Assembly (NCBI GenBank): GCA_965153455.1
Contig: OZ234493.1
Location: 16,978,213-17,042,212 of the forward strand
Length of the DNA stretch: 64,000 bases
Direction of reading: 5' to 3'
From: Sphagnum compactum
Taxonomy: Eukaryota
Within the stretch, counting starts at the first letter, position 1; the number at the start of each line of letters is the position of its first letter. The notes beneath the pieces are model-generated. The model ran no database searches, was not told where the DNA came from, and saw only the letters and a program-made list of their open reading frames with translations. This document shows positions 51,806 through 64,000 of the stretch, one piece after another. A program made the position numbers and the translations under genes.

Positions 51806-54800
51806 GGTGCATGGATGAATATTCAAATGAATGAACTTTATGGCATTCAAAGCATTTGTGACAACAATAATAACTTTTGATTATTTTTGGTTTGTAATTA
51901 TAATTAGAGATGCATGCCATATTGTTATTCCATTGCCAAGAAGATTTTAAAGTTCACCCATTGGGTTACATTGAAAGGTGTGAAGTTTAGGATTACATGA
52001 AAAAAAAAAAAAAAAGTTAATGTAAGGGCAATAATGAAAACCAAATGTTGCTTAACGAGGTTGCAAATTTTATTTAGCATATAATAACCAAAAGTAACAG
52101 GGGGAGGGAGATCTATGAAACCAAAGAAATATGTAAAAAGATTTAAACATCAAGGAAGGGGTAGGGCTTGAAAAAGAGAAGGTTTAAGATAGAGAATGTG
52201 AAAAATAATGAAAGAAAAAAAAGGTTTAAAAGAAAAGGCTTGAAAGAAAAAGAGGGTCTATGAAAAGATCCAACAATAAAAGGAGAAAAATTTGAAAAAA
52301 AGAAATTTTTCAACAAAGGGTGTAAGAAAAAAAAAGGTTTATGAAAGGGTTGAACACCAAGGAGGGTGGGGGGTGAGGGAAAGAAAAAGGGTCTTTGAAA
52401 GAAAGTTGACCATCATTAGAATCACATAACACACAAGTTTATGAAAAGATTGAACAACAAGGGGGGGGGGGGGGGATTGTGACAAAAAGTGACCACCATC
52501 ATTGGAATGGGTTTAATTAATGAACCTAAAATCAGACAAGGGCATGGGGTTTGTGTGAAAGAGATATCACTAATTTGAAAATCATAACTTATGAGAAGAT
52601 CGAACATCAATAAAAATTCAACACGTGTGGGTTTTTGAACAAATCAAATAACAAGAAGGGAGCTTGTACGAAAGAAATGGTTTATGAAAGGATTAAAATT
52701 CATTGTAGCCTCCAACAATCATTGTAAACACTTGCAACACATAGAAGGAAATGTTAGTGGAAATTTGCAAGTGAATAGTTTACAAACCCAAAAAGGTCAT
52801 GATCAAATAAATGAACATAAACAATGTTCATACCAATCAAAAACTTCATGGGCCATAATTTGCCAATAATAGTTGTGCAAAATGCTTTTCGTAAGTTTAT
52901 GTGGAATAAACATGAATGCCATTCATCTATTTTTATTGTTTAAACAATAATCTTATGCACATTGTTTAAACACGAATGTCATATATTTATTCATATTGTT
53001 TAAACACATATGTTGTATGTTTATTCATGTTGTTTACACACAAAAGTCATACACATGACTTTCATGTTTAAATAATGCACAACATTTGTGTTTAAACAAT
53101 ACAAACTTATGAAATAACATATTTTGCATAGATTTGAAACGAACCTATGAAACTTGTAAATTTAAGTTATTTCATAAATTTTAGCATGTGACAAATTAAT
53201 AATAAAAATTCTGTGAAGTTTGTTCATTTATAGGTTTGTACATTTTACACACAAATATTATGTGTTGAAAACATGTTTGACACATGGATAAACGTGTTGA
53301 TAGATGAAGTACGAATTTACAAATGAATAATATCACACAAAATTTTGCATATTTCTAGAAATTTGTGTGTCAAATGTATTTTCAATGCATGATACTAGTG
53401 CATGAACATACGAATTATGAATGAATAAAATTTGCATGATTTCCATTATTAAGTCGTGAAATGTTAAATTTGTGATGTATGCAAAAATGATAAAATTAAA
53501 TAGCATAATGAACATAAACATCCAAAAACAATAATGATTGAAAAAGAATAGTTATCACCAATAAAAAATGTACCATAAAACAAAATAAACCAAAAGGGGA
53601 GGAAAAAATTGTTGTTGAATGGAAGGTAGGAACACATAGTAAAACCCATAATCTTAATTAAGGTGGTGCCACTTATTGTTTAAAATTTTAGATTTTTCCA
53701 AACTTTTTGCCCCCATCATTGACAATTAATGAACATATATTTTTTTCAAAAACCATGGCCATTGGTGTATAATGCACATTTAAAAAAAAAAACACGATGT
53801 ATAATTTTTTCAATTTTGATAAAAATGTTAGATCTTGTCCAATTGTCTAATACATTAAGTTCATGTGTAGTGTGTAAATTGTTTGTTAATTAAAGGGGCT
53901 TGTGTTTACTTTAAATTATTTTTAGTTGAAAGACATCCTTTACTTTGAGAATTGTATCTGTTTCTCAATTTTAACCAAATTCATTGATTTAAATAACTAC
54001 AAGTGTGCTTGAATTAACCAAATTCATTGATTTAAATATTACAATGTGCCCAAAGATGAAGAAAAAATGTATTTAAATTCTAAGACCAATTGAGCAATGA
54101 TCAACATGCCCTTTCTTTTGGAGACTTAAATATTTACCCACTAGCCCATCTACCCTACCTCCACTAAAGGCAAATTTATTTTTTTGAAAATGATTGATGT
54201 CTTTGTTGCAACATTAGGAAACAATAGATATTTGGTTTGGTCAATCATGAAAACTTCAAACAATACAACATATTTCTTGTCAATCTATTAAGAAAAGTTG
54301 TATTTATGTATACTGGTTCATAGCTATAAGAGATGTTCTATTCAATTGAAAGCTTTGAGAGGTGTTTTTATGAATTTATAACCTCCCAACTTCAATTCTT
54401 ATAAATTGTCTTGATGTATTCACTCATATAAGTGTGAAAATTGACAACCCAACAAAACATGTAATCAAAATGTTTTAAATGTGAGAAATAAGATGTGTAA
54501 TTGCACATTTCTCACATTTATAACATTTCACAACCATAATCAAAACTAGAAATCCAAATATATCTGGTGGTGATGGGAGAGATAGAGAGAGATTGGATTT
54601 GTGTCCACTTTGGAGCGAGACACATATAAACACTCCATAGAACTTCATGGGGCGAGGGTCAAAGCAGTGTCCTGTGTGATGTGGTTCTGCTGTAGGTTGG
54701 AGTATTGTTGGTGAGAACCTTAGTTGAAATTGTAGTTTAGAAATCTATAGCTACAATTAGTCTGCTGGTAACTAATTAGTTCTATAGCGCTGAGGTGCCC

Positions 54801-55158
54801 GGTTCGAATCTAGGTTTTTTAGTACTAGGAACAAAAACTTAAATTATAAGTTATTCGGCGCAGAACTGCGCTGAGCACACCGCCTTGACCCCCGCGATGT
54901 TCGATGGCGGAGTACAACGTCCTGCCACATTGGATGCTCGAGCGGGAATGCATTTGGCTCCACTTCGCACGCTCGAAAAGGGGGTTTGAATTTGGCTTCA
55001 CTGCACATGCCCTTCTCGTGTACAGGATTGTGAGGAGCCAGAGCAATTGCCAAGGTCTTTGAGAAGGAACGTTTTTACTATTGGTGCGGCAAGTGCGATC
55101 GCCGTTGCAGGATACGACTCTTTTCTAGAGCACAAAAGCACCAGCTCCCCGACACCGC

Positions 55159-57389
55159 ATGGAAAGGACGAGGTTGAGTAGGAGGAGCCTGCTGCTGCGT
55201 ATCTGTGTGCACCCGCAACCGCACTCTACCCATTAACAACTTTTGCTGTACACCGCACTTCTTCCCAGCGGCCATCGGATAGAAACAAAGGCGGTCCTCA
55301 GAGATCAGCGCAGTTGTAAGTTTTCTTACGTTGTTCGATATCTTCCGAGGCAATCGAGAGATTGCACACAATCTATACAAGATGCGATACCTCAGCGCGG
55401 CTTCTATGTGATCTAAATGCATGATTCTGCAGGAAGTTTTTCTGCAGTTCCCGGAGGCCAGAGAGAGAAACTGTGGCGGGACTTCTTTTTGGATCCTTCG
55501 AAATTGTGGGATCACCGGTCAGAGGAGGTAACTGAACTTCGATCCGGTCAGACTTCACATTTCAATGGAGCCATAGCTCATGTTGGTGTCAATCTCTTTG
55601 CTCTCTCTCGGTTGCTATCCTGCCATGGTCTAAAAGCTGGCAGGCTTTTTTTCAGACCCTTTGCACGGGTGAGATCGTAGTAGTAGGCCGGAGAAGGTAG
55701 GTAAATGCTATATACTAGCACAAATTTCTCTGATGGAGAAGGTCCATGTGGCTTTCTCTCTTCTTATTATAGCGTTTATGCCTAGGATGTGGAGAGTACA
55801 TGGCTGATCAGCTTGATCTGGATTTCTGGTTGTAGGCAAGTGGAAGACCCTCATTTCATACATAAGAAGACACAGGAAGCACTTTGGCTCGAGGACTGGT
55901 GAAACCCTCCATGGTGGCAGCAGAGATGGCTGCAATGGCACCAGGCACAGAGCAATTGCACATTTTTGCATGGAATAAGAAGCTTACAAAACATGTGAAA
56001 AGGATGGGCAAACTGAGAAGGCAATGCAGCTTTTCCAACAAATGCAACAGAAAGGGAATTCTGACAAATTCACTTTTCTTCAGGTGATTAAAGCATGTGC
56101 TCATTTAGGAGCATTGCAGATGACAGCCATGTTCTTAAACAGATCATTCAAAGTGATTTGAGTCTGATGTCTTTTTGAGGAGTAGCTTGGTTGACATTTA
56201 TGCAAAATGTGGGAGCATTGAGGATGCTGGGAGAGTGTTCAACAAGATGCCATCTCGAGATGTGGTCACTTGGAATGCCATGATATTGGGATATGTGAAT
56301 GTGGGCAAGGGCAGAAGGCACTGAAACTGTTTCGACAAATGCAACAGGAAGATGTGTGACCAACCTCTGTTACTTTTGTGGGGGTGCTGAATGCATGTGC
56401 CAGTGTAGTTGTGCTTGAGGGGGCAGGTGTGCTCATGAGCATTTCAGTCAAAGCGGATGGGATGTCTTTATGGCGAATAACTTGGTTGACACGTATGCAA
56501 AAGTTGACATGATTGACATTCAGTTACCTTCTCTGACCTTTTGATCACGCGATGGCATCTTGTTGAACACTCAGCCAAATGATATCTTTATTTGTCTCCT
56601 GTCAGTGTGCAGTGATGCACGTTTGGTGCAGGAAGCCATGTGGTGCTATGCTTCAATGATCACTGTTTACATGATTTCTGCAAAATTGGAACAATACACC
56701 TGCATGGTTGATCTTATTGGCCATGCTGGCCATCTACAGGAGACAGAATATGATAAAGGAGATGCCCTGGAAACCACGTGTCTGCATGGAGGATGTTGTT
56801 TGGGGCTTGCAGAATTCATTGTAACATGGAGATGAGAGAATATGTTGCTAACCAAATTCTTGAATTGGAGCTTGAAAATGCTGTTGGTTATGTGCTGTTA
56901 TGAAATATCTATGCTGCTGCGGGCAACAGGCATCTTTGTGAGAATGTTGAACAGCAGAGAAAGGAAAGAGGTGTGAAGAAACAACTGGATGGCACCGGGG
57001 TTGAAGTGAACAACAAGGTACAGACATTTGTTGTATGCAATCAAAACTACCCTCAGATGATTGAAATTTGAGCAAAACTGAAAAGACTGTCAGTTCTCAT
57101 GCATGATGCAGGGCATGTGCCATATACAAAATTCATGCTGCATGATGTGGAAGAAGATGAAAATGTTCCTTTCCTTCACCAGAGTGAGAAATTGGTTATT
57201 GCATTCAGGCTCATCAACAGAGCTCCTGGTACTCCACTATAAAAAATGAAAAATCTGCAGGTTTGTGAAAATTGCCACACTTCCACAAAGTTTGTTTCAA
57301 AACAGTTGGGAGACCAATCATGGTGAGGGATGCCGATTGCTTTCATCACTTTTTAGCATGATGTTTCTTCTTGCATGGACTTTTGGTGA
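55159..57389 (+). pseudogene. PLS-class PPR-E-DYW RNA-editing factor pseudogene with N-terminal OSB-type PDF motif and putative organellar transit peptide
   Basis: Exon 1 (55159-55315) reads MERTRLSRRSLLLR..., with one stop. Exon 2 (55448-55527) reads REKLWRDFFLDPSKLWDHRSEE. Exon 3 from 55836 reads PHFIHKKTQEALWL, then PPRs (DKFTFLQVIKACA, SSLVDIYAKCGSIEDAGRVFNKMPSRDVVTWNAMI, SVTFVGVLNACA, YTCMVDLIGHAG), an E domain, and DYW HQSEKL..KNLQVCENCHTSTK..RDADCFHHF..SSCMDFW*. Many frameshifts. Confidence 0.9.
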
Positions 57390-58015
57390 TGCCATCAGTC
57401 TGTCATGTCAATCACTACAAGGAAAGTTCATTTTGTTTGTAGCATTTCTAGTGGTATCATTTGCGGTGCCATAGTTGAACACCATTATCAGATGTTGTAC
57501 CACTGAAAATGTAGTTGAGGAGCCTCTCCTGTTGTTTTGATTTCCTGCCTCTACCTTTTGAACCACTGAAGTTTGGTGCCTCTTTCCTCTTATGGATGAG
57601 TTATTGTGGAAATTGAGTTGAATGTGAGATTACAACAACATTTCCGAGGGATTTTGCTACATTAGAGAGTGTTCCATTCCTACCTGCAATCAATTACTGA
57701 TTTGGATTTATCAATTTGCTGTTGCAATTGACTAGTGAGCCATTTCAGAAAACTATGGTTTAGATTCCCAAACTGCCTCTGAAGATTGTCTCATTGTTCT
57801 CCACTCACTGCTGTTAGTAGTGTGAATGTTATGGTAGGCAGTCAGTATTAGAGAGATGTTGCTGTTGAAGGACCCTGAACATGTGGGTGATGGTGGGTGT
57901 TTATCAAACTCTGTTATTGGTTTTGTTCTATCTGTTCTGTTGGGTTTTGGTTCTTCTTCATCCATTAAACATGATTGCAGTCCAAAACTACTGTATTCCA
58001 TCACTATGTAAAGAA

Positions 58016-58550
58016 TCTTATATATAAATTGTCTTAGTCTGTCAGTCCGTCTGTTTGTCTGTCTAGGTTAGTCTGTCTTGGTCTTGGTTAGTAAAACGGT
58101 TGCTATCCAGGTCCCCAAACTTGGTGGCGTGAGTAAGGCCTGGAATCTGGGGGGTGGGGAATGAAAGGTGCGGCAGGAATCACGGCAACCTCACGGTCGG
58201 TGGCGGTTGTCGCGCGGTCAGGTTTGTTTTTACGTTTTACCGCACTGGGGAAGACAAGTTGGTAAAAACAAGAAGATTCTTTGTAGATTCTCTTTTGACT
58301 GTTGGGCTCCTTTTTCTCGGCGACACATCAAAACTGACAACTTCCGCATTCACACTCGACCAGCCTTTGTTTTGTACCCAAAGGTCGCTTAATTCATTTT
58401 CTGTTGGCTCCTTTTTTGCGGAGATTTCAAACCTAGCAACTTTCGCATTCACACTTACTAACTGAAGTGCTGAAGAACTATGGCAGTCATCAAATCGATC
58501 ATAGCGCGTCAGATGCCGTGCTGTGCCTTGTAGGCACAGGTTACCACTAG
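58016..58550 (+). mobile_element. Non-autonomous Helitron
   Basis: 5' TC (TCTTATATATAAA) follows host A. A GTCT microsatellite lies near the 5' end. 3' hairpin CTGTGCCT-TGT-AGGCACAG (58521-58539) is followed by CTAG (58547-58550) and host T. Confidence 0.8.
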
Positions 58551-61500
58551 TTTAAAGAATGTACCACAGATACAAACCAAATGATTCTTGGCACTATGGA
58601 ACCATAAGTGGAAAGGTGACATACCTAGTGGAAGTTGAAGATGAGATTCAACTCACACCAGGCATGTTCACACCACTCCACAAAGCATTTTATATGATGT
58701 AATTCAAGTTCTCATGTGCTTGGAAACGCACTTGGGGCTTAGGGATGGTAATGGGTCAAGTAAGAAATTACAAGGATTAAGGTCCACAGAATTTGGATTC
58801 AACAAAGGTCTAGAGGGATAGATTGAAAGCTATGAAAGATGTGATGGGCAAGATTTAGTTTCATCATGTTGTGATTGAGATCCTCACCATCAGTATGGAT
58901 AAGTCTGTCAATGAAAAATCATCTCTAATTGACTCCACTATCATTTCTGCAGCAAGAAATTATTTGTTGCATCACCAAACACTGTTGAGGGCAAATTTCT
59001 TAAGCACTTGATTCCATAATGGCTTATGAGAACCTCCATTTTTTGGCTCTCTAAATTTAAGGCGGTCCTTGGTCCAAGATCTTCTTTACTGGATCTTGTG
59101 GAGCACTTGGGCTGATGAGAGGAACTGCAGTCTTGCTTTGTAGGTGAATTCACCAATGTCTGAACTTATGATTTCTCTCATTCTCTATTTCTTTCAAGAT
59201 ATTAAAATGCATTTGCAACTTATAGAAAATCTGTAATTCCATTTCTGGTTGCATTGGTTGGCAAATTGAAGCTGCTGAAATTTTTATTTTGACAATTAAT
59301 TGGAGTTTAGACCATGAACAATGCTGTAATTGGGTAGTTGATTGGCTCTTTGAAGAAGAGTACATACATGCCAGGTAGTTTCTGCATCATCAAGCTCAGC
59401 TCATGAGAAAGTGTTGCCGACAGACCTGGATGAATGTTTGATTCCATGGTTTTTCACACTTGATCCTTCATGACTAATCTTTCTAGTTTTCTATTCCAAA
59501 CAATGAAACGAAGTAAAGGCTTTTCATGCAAGGACCCAACCTTGAGAGCCATTGTCTTTAATGGGGTTATTTACTCTTTGTATCTTGTAGCACAAAATAG
59601 ATGCCTGACCACTGATCACATGAATCCCAAACAATAGCAAACTAGACTACACTGGCAAGTTGGGTGAATTTTGGGGAGGCATGGTCCAATGTCTGTCTTC
59701 TCTCCTTCTAACAGCCTCAGAAATTGTCATTTAGTATTTTGCTGCAATCCTGTCACAACATTTGCTGTTCTTGGGATGTGAATGGGCGGACTACCTTGAA
59801 ACATGCACCACTCTGAAAATGTCATCAGTGATTTCACTTAAGTGAAATAAATTGTAGTTTTGAACATTATTATAAAAAGAAGGACAATAGTTACACATCT
59901 TTGAGTGACACACATGTAATATGGCTTCTAGAATTCAGGAAATTTGGTTTGTTTTGAAGACAACACCTCAACTGACCATGACAGATACACTGTTTCACTC
60001 CATGGCCTGCAACTATAGCTGTGAGTTTGTAGTTTGTACCCACAACTGCATCTCCATCGTATATCATCTCATTTGCCCTAACAAGATTTGAATCAACTTC
60101 TTGCAACATGGACATAAATTAGATCAACTAGAAATTCTGCCTTAATGTTTGATCCCTGATCTCCATTTATGTGTGCAGCTTTAAAGTACATCAAATGTGA
60201 ATTTTTTTGTCCTTTGTATGGGCACACAAAGCTCTTCATTATAATCTCAATTGTGGGCTGTAACCAAGCTTCTTTCACTTTGTTTGAAAATTTGATTTAG
60301 AGTTTGCAACTACTGTAGAAGTCCCCACACAGAACCCTACCATCTTTAAAACACACTACCTGCCAGGTGATTTTTTAAAAACAGGCCAACTTCCCCGCCA
60401 GAGTGAACCAAGAACGCCAGCACATTGTGAGGGATGGATGGTGGGAGGATGTGAAACACTTTTTCATTGGGTTCCACACAAGCATCGAGAAATGGTCCAT
60501 TGGGTTCCAGTTCCCTAGCTAACCACTATGGTTAGCTCAGTTTCTGTTTTTAATACACGCCCAGTAACAACCCACTAACCCTTACCCATTCATGAACCAT
60601 CCACATGTGTCTACTTACCTAATACACACCTATTATCCTAGTTTTGGCCTACTTACGGGATTGGTCACCAAGGTGAAACCTGATGTCAACTCAGTTCGGG
60701 TTCATGGACAACGGTGCCATAACAGGCTTGCAGTGCCCCAACTTCGCAAAATTTAAAGTTGTAAAATGTTTCAAAAGTCTGCTCTCCCACATATCTAGAA
60801 GAAGGACAATAAGGGTAATCAAAGCAACATAAAAGGAGTAGATACTAGATACCCTGCAGGGCTTCTTCATCCACCTAGCTATAGGACCCCACTCTTCAAA
60901 GGCATTGATGCTTTACTCTCTGGCCTTTGTCACATGGCTATCAAGAGTGGAACTGGCACTGTGACCTGGTCCTACTTACCACTTACTCTGGGCGCATTGT
61001 CTGCAATTGCCATGCATGATGTGCTCATCCTAAACATGTTAATATAAACTCTGGATCACATCTTATGGAGAGCTTTTCTCAATTGTATTGTCCAACATTG
61101 CCCCATTTCTATTCAACACTTCTTTTCTGTATACATAAAACTACCTGATGATAAACATGTATACTACTGCAAATTTACTCTACACACATATGAGTTTTGT
61201 CATGAGCATCACATGTCTATCTATCTATTGTATATTTTTTTGCACAGACAAACCTGGTCAATTCTGAAATACATAGTTTGTTCATCATTTTTTTTTTTAG
61301 TGTCAAAAAGATTGTTCAGGTGTCAATTTTGTAAACCAACATTCCTTTTGGCACAATGAATGTCATGTATTTTTGTCCACCTCTCAGGTAGATTCTATCA
61401 TATTTTCTCTATGCTATAAAACACCCACCAAATACTTTCAGAAAAAAAAATGAGGTCATGAAAAAATGATGGGCTGTATTGGTCTCTGCTGACAGTCCCG

Positions 61501-64000
61501 TCCCCTAAAAAATTCACACAGTGCCAGATCTCCTTTGCTTTTGGCATTTTCAGTTTCCTGGAAATTCAGTCTTGACAAATCATAGAAAACATGTGCACAA
61601 AGAGAATATTGACCTGAGGAGCATCAAGTATTTGCAAAGGGTTAATATTTCCATAGGGTTCTATGTCACCATGATGTTAATTTAGCAATGAAGGTCATGT
61701 GCAATGAGGCAGCTTATCTTTTGTTACTGTTTGTTGCCTCAAGGGTGTGTGTTTCCTCAGTTATATGCATGAACTGCTCACTTACATGGCAGATAGAAGA
61801 TGATGCAGTAGACATGTGGGAATGGGGATCTTGTGGGGATTCCTGGAATACCAGGAATAGCTGCAAAAAGGTAAAAAACATTGATATACAATCTGAATGT
61901 CGTACACAAACAAAAAATGTAGATATAGAAATCTGAACTTCATACATAACCTGAACATCAGCACTCAACAAACTAAACACAAAGAAGAACATGTAATTCA
62001 TAACATCAAGTAAGGCTATGATCCTATATGATCCTAATTAGCCAATCTGATGTACTGCTGCATTTGTACAGAGTAGCTTTATGCTCCATCTATGCAGTGT
62101 ACTGGATAATGCATGCTTTCCCTTGGAGCTTAAGCATGTATGCAAACTTGCAATGTAGAACTAGAACTACAACATCTGAAACATGAAGTTGAGATTTCAA
62201 GCTATGTAGATAACATGCCCATATCCTCTTTCCCCTGGTTTTAATTTAATGTCTGAAAATGGAAATTTAACAACATCATGGAACTTCTTTTAAATGCAGA
62301 TTCCAAACAATTTTTAGAGACATTTTTGACCTCCTCAAGCATGACCACCACTTTTATAATCAGGCCCAAACTGTCTTAAAACTCCTATATTGAAAAAATA
62401 GTTCCACAAGTCAAAGAATGGTTCAAAAAGCTTCAAAATCTGTTCCTCAACAAACTATGAGTATCTTCCATGATGGCCGATGCACCTTTCTTGCACCTTC
62501 AAGTTCACTTCTTTCACTCCATATCCTCTTGCCAATCTACCTTCTAAGAATTGCCACCATCATATCTCCATCATCATCCTTTCAATTTGAACACTCCATC
62601 ACCACACTTAAGTGGTTTGTGGGGTAGCTTAAGATAAAGTTCCCCCTTGTCCCTAAATGAGGTGGATTGCCCTTTACTTAACCTCAGTTACATGTTTAGT
62701 ATTTGTCATGCTTCTTATTCAATAGCTACAAAATTATTAGCAATGGCTTGCTTACCTCTTGGATAAGAAGACCATTGACATTGTCGTACTTATTATGTGA
62801 CAAAACATTATTGCTAGATAGCAAATATGTTGTCACCTTCTCCTGGGCTTGTAAGCTTTGGAGAAAGAAGTGAGAATATCTTTCTTGAAATGAAAGTAAG
62901 TTGAACACTTGATAAGGAATCATGTGTTGAACTTGAGTTCCAAGTGATGCTATTAATCAAGGAAAAAACATGTGGGAGTCAAGCAAAAACACTCTTAGGA
63001 TTCCTAACATGAATTTCCATTTTCAATGTTGGGATTCTTCAAGTGTGTTCAAAGTAATGTTGGAGAAATCAAACCTTGTTAGAATTAAGTGATTTTGAGA
63101 ATGTTGCCAAGATGTCTTGAGTTTGACAAGAGAGTGAACTTGTTTTGTGATGACTTGATTTTCGATAACTATGAGGTTTTGAGAAGTCATGTGACAAATT
63201 GTAAAGAAAAAATCTCTCTTTTTAAAGCTTAATTTGGGAGGGCAAATCATGTCCAATTGAGGAAGTTACATTACATTGGTTAACTTAATGGGTAAAAACA
63301 TTGTAAAGTAAATAACATGTGACAATTGTAGGACATTGAACGGAAAGTAGTCATAAAATAAGTTTTGATATATTATTCAGATTTAGAAATGTTATTTAGT
63401 TCAACAATCAATACGATTAGGTTTTTTGATTTTATTACATTCATATTGAAAACCTCCATGGTTAATATGCATTTAAATAGTTTTTTGAAAATTTAGGCAT
63501 ATGCATATATGTTTTTTTATATGAAGGAAGTTTCAAGTACATGAAGTATTGCATTTCATTTACAAGTTGATAGAGCCTTAAAATCATATTTATGTACTTT
63601 CAACTTTTGCATATTAAATTGGATACTTGCTCTGCAATGGTCGATTGGTTTGAAGCAAGAAGCTCTTGAGTTTCCACCAATTTTTGTATTTTTCCCTCTT
63701 GCATAATTTCGATAATTTTTGGCATTTGAAACAAATAATTTCTAATAAAATTGACATTTCCAAAATTTTTTTTACTGCCAGACCTGAAAAGGTACTACAC
63801 TACTAGTGCCAATATTAAGATCATGATGCTTATCCAAACAACAGAAATATCTACACTTAACAATGGGCAACATTGTGTAGTCCATATATAAGTGATGCTG
63901 AATTCCATAATACCATAGGATGAGGGCAGGTTCAACACACGTATGTTGAATAATTAATTGAATTTGAAGATTCCATGTCAAAAAAAAGAGACCATTCTCT

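Noticed and set aside
54740-54820. tRNA gene suggested by GGTTCGAATC followed by a T-run
   Set aside because: No convincing acceptor stem or cloverleaf; at most a degenerate tRNA/SINE remnant.
58600-64000. Protein-coding gene at the right end of the window
   Set aside because: Only short unrelated ORFs and scattered splice-like sites; no coherent model or product could be supported.

Overview
AT-rich eukaryotic nuclear DNA from a land plant. The repeat and gene content suggests a moss, probably Sphagnum-like, but this is inference. Positions ~1-34,000 are a stack of decayed, partly nested transposons: a hAT element with TIRs and 8-bp TSD, a PIF/Harbinger nuclease gene with a small CACTA element in its intron, a large CACTA transposase relic, a CRE-type (restriction-like endonuclease) non-LTR relic, AT-rich satellites, solo LTRs and a near-complete Ty3/Gypsy chromovirus. 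The less AT-rich gene island at ~34,400-47,000 holds the most notable features. One is an apparently intact, spliced canonical Cdc25-type phosphatase gene (HCEFSSSRAP active site), which the ORF track misses because it is split into short exons. The other lies head-to-head with it: a disrupted fungal-type PD-(D/E)xK (Uma2-like) nuclease gene, a candidate horizontal transfer. Further right are a pogo-like relic, a solo LTR with perfect TSD, a pseudogene fusing an OSB-type ssDNA-binding PDF motif to a PLS-PPR-E-DYW editing factor (a second copy of the PDF exons lies at ~34.5 kb), and a non-autonomous Helitron. All family calls come from motifs read by eye; no database searches were run.
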